Of a stretch of DNA of 64,000 nt, positions 63,684 to 64,000 are shown piece after piece (the stretch's first letter is position 1; each line of letters begins with the position of its first letter). The DNA is from Blepharisma stoltei ATCC 30299 (taxonomy: Eukaryota; Protista; Ciliophora). Below the pieces are notes generated by a model that ran no database searches, was not told the DNA's origin, and saw only the letters and a program-made list of their open reading frames with translations. Location of the stretch: NCBI GenBank assembly GCA_965603825.1, contig CBFDEM010000017.1:310001-374000 (forward strand), given 5' to 3'. Both the position numbers and the translations under genes were made by a program.

Positions 63684-64000
63684 GGTGTTAATCAATATTA
63701 ATATTTTTTATATTTAAGGGTGTCAAAATTATGGCCTAGCCATATGATTCAAGTTAAATGCTGATAAAACAAATAATTTTATTAGCTTAAACTATCCTTT
63801 ATAATTAAATATTGCATCAATCATTTTACTTATGCATTTTTTGAAATACTGTTGTATTATAAGGTGTTGCAGTATGGAAAGCTATTAAATTAAAAGCAAT
63901 AATATGCCTTTTTGGTTTTGGGAAAAGGAGTTTTTTTAATGACACGAGAGTTTTTTTTGGAATATTTATAAATTATTTCTTCCAATATTTTTTAAAAGTT

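Noticed and set aside
1-64000. Mass pseudogenisation or selenocysteine as the explanation for in-frame TGA
   Set aside because: TGAs are numerous, sit at conserved Trp positions and interchange with TGG in paralogs, while reading frames remain intact.

Overview
AT-rich, gene-dense eukaryotic DNA from a heterotrich ciliate, most consistent with Blepharisma. In-frame TGA is read as Trp, TAA and TAG are the only stops, and the introns found are 15-16 nt GTAA...AG micro-introns. The supplied ORF track therefore fragments most genes. Re-reading with TGA=Trp and 8 micro-introns gives about 34 protein genes: two CDPKs, PLAC8, a tandem short-chain dehydrogenase (SDR) array with a decaying segmental duplicate, two class I phosphodiesterases (one fused to an EF-hand), a degenerate TBC/EF-hand protein, TRMT10, CFAP20, an S10 carboxypeptidase, an ABCC transporter, an AGC kinase, two PRELI paralogs, an SK-like K+ channel, a C2 protein, a 12 kb DNAH6-like axonemal dynein and two PAS-domain multi-pass membrane paralogs. 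The most notable unexplained element is a 303 bp AT-rich insertion, flanked by TA/CTAA direct repeats, inside an otherwise intact SDR gene. Its clean removal restores a full-length gene, so it behaves like an internal eliminated sequence (IES) or MITE. All of this was read by hand; no searches were run.
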